Source of the DNA: Octopus vulgaris
Lineage: Eukaryota
Assembly (NCBI GenBank): GCA_951406725.2
Contig: OX597835.1
Coordinates: forward strand, 20,770,001-20,834,000
Reading direction: 5' to 3'
Length of the DNA: 64,000 nt
Shown here: positions 57,207 to 64,000 of the stretch, in pieces
How the letters are laid out: each line of letters starts with the position of its first letter
Position numbering within the stretch: position 1 is the first letter of the stretch
The notes under the pieces: model-generated
Told to the model about the DNA's origin: nothing
Database searches by the model: none
Seen by the model: only the letters and a program-made list of their open reading frames with translations
Translations under genes and position numbers: made by a program

Positions 57207-57366
57207 GTATATACGACGGGCTTCTTTCAGTTTCTGTCTACCAAATCCACTCACAAGGCTTTGGTCGGCCCGAGGCTATAGTGGAAGACACTTGCCCAAG
57301 GTGCCACGCAGTGGGACTGAACCCGGAACCTTGTGGCTGGTAAACAAGCTACTTACCACACAGCCA
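56943..57366 (-). mobile_element. SINE family B
   Basis: Near full-length reverse complement. Confidence 0.9.
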
Positions 57367-57864
57367 GTGTGTGTGTGTGTGTGTATAAATATATACATGT
57401 AGATTTGTGTGTGTGCTGCATTGCGGTCGTTCGACGATAGGGTACGTGCATTTGGGTATCACACTTTCTAATATAGCTATTTGTTCGATTAGGCGAATTA
57501 TTTACTCCTGAATGAATATCTATGTACCTGAATGTTCAACAGGTGTGTATACATTTAACATATTTCTGGGGCAGAATAGGCTAAGCGCAATTACATGAAG
57601 CAGGAACTACAGGTAAAATCCAGCAAAGAAACATCTAATCAGTTTCTATTTGCACAACATTGCCCATCCGGTTTAGGTTGAATTAAGTTTTGGTTGAAAA
57701 TGTTGTCAAGCAGTAGAACCGAAACCGGGCCTTATGGTTGTGAAGCCAACTTGTTACCTCTGCTGTTATTCTTTGCAAACACACAGGCACACACACAATG
57801 GAAGCACACACACACATACACACGCACACACACACACATGTATGTACAAATCTATCTGTATCGT

Positions 57865-58004
57865 AAGAAGGTTGTTTCCGAAACACATGGTTCTAGGTTC
57901 ACTCCAACTGCGTGGCAGCTTCGGCTAATGAATTCTGCTATTACCTCGGGCCAACCAAAGACTTGTGAGTGGATTTGGTTGACGGAAACTGAAAGAAGAC
58001 CCTC

Positions 58005-58089
<85 letters not shown>

Positions 58090-58307
58090 TATTTGTCTAT
58101 TTGTGTGTCTGTGTTTGTCTCCCAACCATCGCTTAACAACCGATGTTGGTACAATTTAGGTTCTGGGACATTGCGGTTCGGCGAAATATGGCCGATAGAA
58201 GAAGTACCAGGATTACGAAAAAATAATTCCAGGGGTCAATTTCTTCTACTTAATGTCAGTGCTCCAGCATGGCCTCAGTCAAAATGACTGAAACAATTAA
58301 AATATTA

Positions 58308-58392
<85 letters not shown>

Positions 58393-58791
58393 ACCCCACC
58401 ATTTATTGATTTATATATATATACACACATATATATATGTGTATTTATATATACATATAATATATATGTATATATATATGTTACATATATATGTTGAAAC
58501 CTCTTGATTAATGGTGCTAGAGTATATATAGTGAACACTCTCTTATATTTATTTTGTATATATATATATATATATATATATGGTCTAGTTTCAGCTCATA
58601 GCAGCAGACATGCTGGAGAACCTCCTTTAATCGAGCAAATACACCCCAGGACTTATTCTTTGTAAGCCTAATACTTAATCTCTCGTTCTCTTTTCCGGAA
58701 CCGCTAAGTTTCGGGAGCGTTAACACATCAGCATCGGTTGTAAAGCGATGTTGGAGGAACAAATACAGACACAACACACACATACATATAT

Positions 58792-58890
<99 letters not shown>

Positions 58891-58982
58891 CATATAAACC
58901 TTTAAGCCTTCTGTAGTTTTTTCACTTTTTACTATTTTCTATATATTCAACCACGTGCTTTCACAAATATAACTTTCTTATC

Positions 58983-59033
<51 letters not shown>

Positions 59034-59197
59034 CGGGCTTCTCTCAGCTTCCGACTACCAAATCCACTCAGAAGGGTTTGGTCGGCGCGAGGCTATAGCA
59101 GAAAATACTTGCCGAAGTTGCCACGCAGTTGGAATGAACCCAGAACATATGTGTTTGTGAAGCAAGCTACTTACTTACCACACACCCACTCCTGCGC
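57865..59197. mobile_element. Two degenerate SINE B copies in opposite orientation
   Basis: Plus 57865-58300, minus 58585-59197. Confidence 0.8.
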
Positions 59198-59212
59198 CTA
59201 TATACATAGATT

Positions 59213-59283
<71 letters not shown>

Positions 59284-59753
59284 TGATATTATATATATAT
59301 ATATTTATATATATATATATAAATATATATATATGTGTGTATGTGTGTGTGTGTGTGTTTATATATGAATGAATGTTGAACGTACGTATGTATAAAGTCA
59401 TTAACGACAATGAAGGACAACGCATATCTTAAATTCAGAATTACAACTTACTAAAAGCCAACACGCGTTTCTTTTCTGTAGGCATTTTGGGGATATAATA
59501 GCGTAATGGTAAAATATACAATGCAGTCAATAATGAATAGATCTTAATATCTCATACATATGCCAAATTTTATATTAACCTAATTTTGTCAAGGCAAAGA
59601 ACTACATATATATATACTCTCAAAGAACTAAAAAGTTTTGCATCAATACAGGAAACTAATTAACGTGTGGTTTAAGAAGTTAGTAAGATTAAAGATACCT
59701 GCCTGGAATTGTAAATCCTTACATGACATATATATATATATATGCGTGTGTGC

Positions 59754-59796
<43 letters not shown>

Positions 59797-59897
59797 TGTG
59801 TGTGTGTGTCTGTGTGTGTGTGTTTGAGTGTGTGTGTGCGTGTGTTTGTGTATGTATATATATATATATATATATATACATGTGTAAATATATATGC

Positions 59898-59942
<45 letters not shown>

Positions 59943-59943
59943 T

Positions 59944-60349
59944 ACAGGAGTGGCTGTGTGGTAAGTAGCTTACTAACCAACCACATGGTTCCGGGTTCAG
60001 TCCCACTGCGTGGCATCTTGGGCAGGGGTCTTCTACTATTGTCTCGGGCCGGCCAAAGCCTTGTGAGTGGATTTGGTAGACGGAAACTGAAAGAAGCCTC
60101 TCGTGTATATGTATATATATGTATATGTATGTATATGTTTGTGTGTCTGTGTTTGTCCCTCTAGCATTGCTTGACAACCGATGCTTGTGTGTTTACGTCC
60201 CCGTCACTTAGCGGTTCGGCAAAAGAGACCGATAGAATAAGTACTGGGCTTACAAAGAATAAGTCCCGAGGTCGATTTGCTCGACTAAAGGCGGTGCTCC
60301 AGCATGGCCACAGTCAAAATTACTGAAACAAGTAAAAGAGTAAAAGAGT
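59944..60349 (+). mobile_element. SINE family B
   Basis: Full-length with (AAAAGAGT)2 tail. Confidence 0.92.
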
Positions 60350-60722
60350 ATATATGTATATGTGTATATATGTGTGTGTGTGTGTGCGTGTGTGTATGTA
60401 CATGTATATATTTATGTGTTTGTTTGTTTGTGTGTGTATATGTGTGCGTGTAATGCAATAAGAATTTAGAAATCCAAGCAGATATTTTTTGTTCTGTCCT
60501 CCTACATTCTCTAACCTTATATTTAATTAGGTTCGTATATTAAATATGGCGAAAGGACAACTGATTTTTCCATGCTTTTATGATGCTATAACTAATCATT
60601 TACAAAATACACCATGTTTCTCGAAGCAAGCTTTCAGGATCTTTTTATGCTCTAGATATACTTTAAATAAAGAACAAGGGCGTCGGACACTGAGAAAATA
60701 ATAATAACAGTAATAATAATAA

Positions 60723-61545
60723 TACCAGGCAGTGGCTCTCATGGCTTCTGATCTTAACTGATTGGAAGTGTTATCATGAACATTGTTTTGTCTTGGTATA
60801 AAAGATGGGCTACAGCAAATATTCTGCTCAATACCACAGATTTGCTTGTCAGTTGTTTGACCTTAACCAGTTGAGCATGTCCCTTAGTGGCTGACGATAT
60901 GTGCATCTCTGATCACGAGCAGAAGTAGTGGGGGAGCATCATAGCCATGTGTTGAGAGGGATTCTTTGGGGTTTGAATAGTTCACCTCTGGAAACATGGG
61001 TGGTTCTTTCAACATCCTTAAATAACCCTTATTCAGGGACCTTTTGAGCGGGATGAGCTACTCAACCTGAAGAAAATTCTAACTGGGCCCCACCTGTAAG
61101 GTCATGTGCTGTTTATCTTGATATAAGATCACCATGTCGCGCACATATGGTTGTGATGCATGTGCCTGGTGTACCCTTATCAGACGGGTAGTCATGATGG
61201 GTATATTGGGCTTCGTATATTTTACCCCAGTGTCACTTTGATGGCATGAACTGCTCTCTCACTCAATAATAATAATAATAATATGATGCAGTACCAGGCA
61301 GGGGAAAGACCCAGATGCAGTACCAGGCAGTGGCTCTCGTGGTTTCTGATCCTAACAAATTGGAAGTGTTATCATGTACATTGTTTTGTCTTGGTATAAA
61401 AGATGGGCTACAGCAAATATTCTGCTCAGTACCCCAGATTTGCTAGTTAGTTGCTTGACCTTAACCAGTTGAGCATGTCCCTTGGTGGCTAACGATATGT
61501 GCATCTCTGATCACGAGCAGAAGTAGTTGAGGAGCATCATGGCCA
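60723..61545 (+). mobile_element. Repeat family D, full copy plus tandem 3'-truncated copy
   Basis: 60723-61283 between (AAT)n runs; second copy 61285-61545. Confidence 0.88.
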
Positions 61546-61801
61546 CCTTTTGTTTAGTAGTTTACAGAATCATTTGGAGGACATAACTTTCGCAAGCCAG
61601 GAGGAAGTCAAAACTGACATTTCAGAGTTCTTCGCTTTGCAACCAAAGGAGTTTTACATTGATAGGATTAACAATCTTGTAAATAGATGGAAGGAAGTCA
61701 TAGATAATCAGGGAAAGTATAGTGAATGTTAAATTTAAATTAAATATAACAGTTGATCACTTGTTTTCTTTATTCAAAATTCAGACAGAACTTATGGGAT
61801 G

Positions 61802-61809
<8 letters not shown>
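61544..61809 (+). mobile_element. Mariner transposase 3' remnant with TIR
   Basis: LFSSLQNHL...EFFALQPKEFYIDRINNLVNRWKEVIDNQGKY; terminus GACAGAACTTATGGGATGACGTGA-TA. Confidence 0.88.
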
Positions 61810-61863
<54 letters not shown>

Positions 61864-61872
61864 TAGATAGAT

Positions 61873-62266
61873 AGGAGTGGCTGTGTGGTAAGTAGCTTGC
61901 TTACCAACCACATGGTTCCGGGTTCAGTCCCACTGCATGGCACCTTGGGCAAATGCCTTCTGCTATAGCCCCGGGCCGACCAATGCCTTGGGAGTGGATT
62001 TGGTAGACGGAAACTGAAAGAAGCCTGTCCTATATATGTATATATATGTGTTTGTGTGTCTGTGTTTGTCCCCCTAGCATTGCTTGACAACCGATGCTGG
62101 TGTGTTTACGTCCCCGTCACTTAGCGGTTCGGCAAAATGAGACCGATAGAATAAGTACTGGGCTTACAAAAATAAGTCCCGGGGTCGATTTGCTCGACTA
62201 AAGGCGGTGCTCCAGCATGGCCGCAGTCAAATGACTGAAACAAGTAAAATAGTAAAATAAAATAGT
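61873..62266 (+). mobile_element. SINE family B
   Basis: Near full-length. Confidence 0.92.
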
Positions 62267-63214
62267 ATATATATATATATATATATAAGAGAGAGAGAGA
62301 GAGAGAGCAGTATGTCGATTGAAATTGATGGCTCTGATGGACAGTTTTTCACTTTGGGGGGGCATCCCATCATTGCATCTACTTTGGATGTGAATCCGGA
62401 AGAATACAGTGTTATCACAGAATAAACACCCTGATAAGTAGTTACACATGACCAGTTGCCTAATCGTAAAACAGGAATCATATTTTGTTCGTCCGTATCT
62501 TTAATTCTGCAAGGGCAGGAAATTTTGTTGATGTATGATATTTGGTGCTTGGTGCGAAGTCACACAAAAAAAAAATGAAGAAATAAGAAAGCAATCGGTT
62601 TCCAAGCGACTAGAATTCAATTGTCTTGGAGTGCATTATTTATTGCCTTCGTTTTTTTCTGTCTTTCTCTCTTTCATTTTTTTTTTTTGCCTTTCTTTTT
62701 AAATACGATACAACGCCATCTTGGGAGCACATTTTGATGCTTTAAGCTCTATCAATAGATAATGATAAAGTGTGTCTATTCGAGAAACTTCCAATGATTT
62801 ACGCTGAGAGTATCCCAAATAAAGTGCATGAAATAGATAAAGGATGTTGTAGTTATGGAGCTGGAGTTAGTTACTGAAGGTTTCGTTGTTTCTTTGTGTA
62901 TATAATCTTATGCGTATATCTATATACATATATGTATATATATATATATATATATAGATAGATAGATATATATATATATGTATATATGCATATATATATA
63001 ATATGTATAAAACATGTATATATATATGTTATAATATTATATAATATTTAGAGTTATGTATATATAGTATAATATATCTATATATAAATATATTTATATA
63101 TGTGTGTGTGAATGTATGCGTGTAATAATATATATATATGTATTATAATACATATATATGTGTAACATAATATATAAAATTTATATATATATTATATGTA
63201 ATATAATATATGTG

Positions 63215-63272
<58 letters not shown>

Positions 63273-63417
63273 TATACATATCATACATTTATATATATGT
63301 TATATATATATATATATATATATACATATTTATAAAATATAATGTATAATACGTATATATAATATATATATATATATTATATATATACATATATATGCAC
63401 ACATATATATATTATAC

Positions 63418-63472
<55 letters not shown>

Positions 63473-63707
63473 TATGCATGTATGTATGTATGTATGTATG
63501 TATGTATGTATGTATGAGCACAGACACAAACTCACGTGCATTTATTGTGGGAGAGAAGGATGGTGAGAGTGTTTGAATGGAGAAGGGACAGAAGGAAGAT
63601 ATGGCGATGTCTTATAGTGGAATGGTTTCAAGGTAAAGCTAGAATATACAAGCAAATTGGTTAAGGTGAAGGATCAAATTTTTCTTCTTATCTTGAATTC
63701 CTTGCAG

Positions 63708-63861
63708 GTTGTATCGATTTGGAAAAAAAATATCTGGAATATTTTCCTGTAGAATGGTAAAACATTCCTTTTGGTGCATGGATAAACACTGGCTTCTCAA
63801 ACTTCTGTGGTACGAAAAGTGGATTTACGACTTCAATGAAAACACGTTATCTAAACTATTA
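63708..63861 (+). CDS. Candidate internal exon
   Basis: Polypyrimidine tract plus CCTTGCAG acceptor, stop-free phase-2 frame, GTGAGT donor. Confidence 0.25.
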
Positions 63862-64000
63862 GTGAGTAAAATCTCCCATTAGTGTATTCATGTCCAAAGC
63901 CAGAGAACTAACGAAGTCATCAGTATCAGCAACATAGTCAAAAGATTTCATCGAAACAATTATTTGGTAAAATATTCTTCAATATTTTAAAATCTAAAAC

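Noticed and set aside
62310-62506. Minus-strand acceptor plus about 65-codon frame
   Set aside because: No convincing donor or recognisable homology.

Overview
AT-rich, microsatellite-saturated eukaryotic genomic DNA, intronic or intergenic. The SINE content is most consistent with an octopus or other cephalopod genome (inference). Almost all ORF-track entries are translations of (TA)n/(CA)n/(GATA)n/(ATT)n repeats. Supportable content: three tRNA-derived SINE families (A, B, C) in many copies with target-site duplications (TSDs), a non-tRNA (AAT)n-tailed repeat (D), a 5'-truncated CR1/L2-group LINE with an open RT frame, RTE and Penelope RT remnants, mariner/Tc1 and maT-like remnants, two non-autonomous Helitrons plus a Helitron helicase fragment, and a decayed CCHC zinc-knuckle (Gag/ORF1-like) element with no RT. 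At least seven type I minimal hammerhead ribozyme motifs are visible. They include a natural G3-C8 compensatory core variant in two copies and one motif directly 5' of the Gag-like ORF. Also notable: the SINE-B tail matches the LINE 3' end with a covarying stem-loop, and SINE-A carries four different tails on one head. A weak two-exon host-gene candidate lies at 56.5/63.7 kb. Everything was read by eye; no searches were run.
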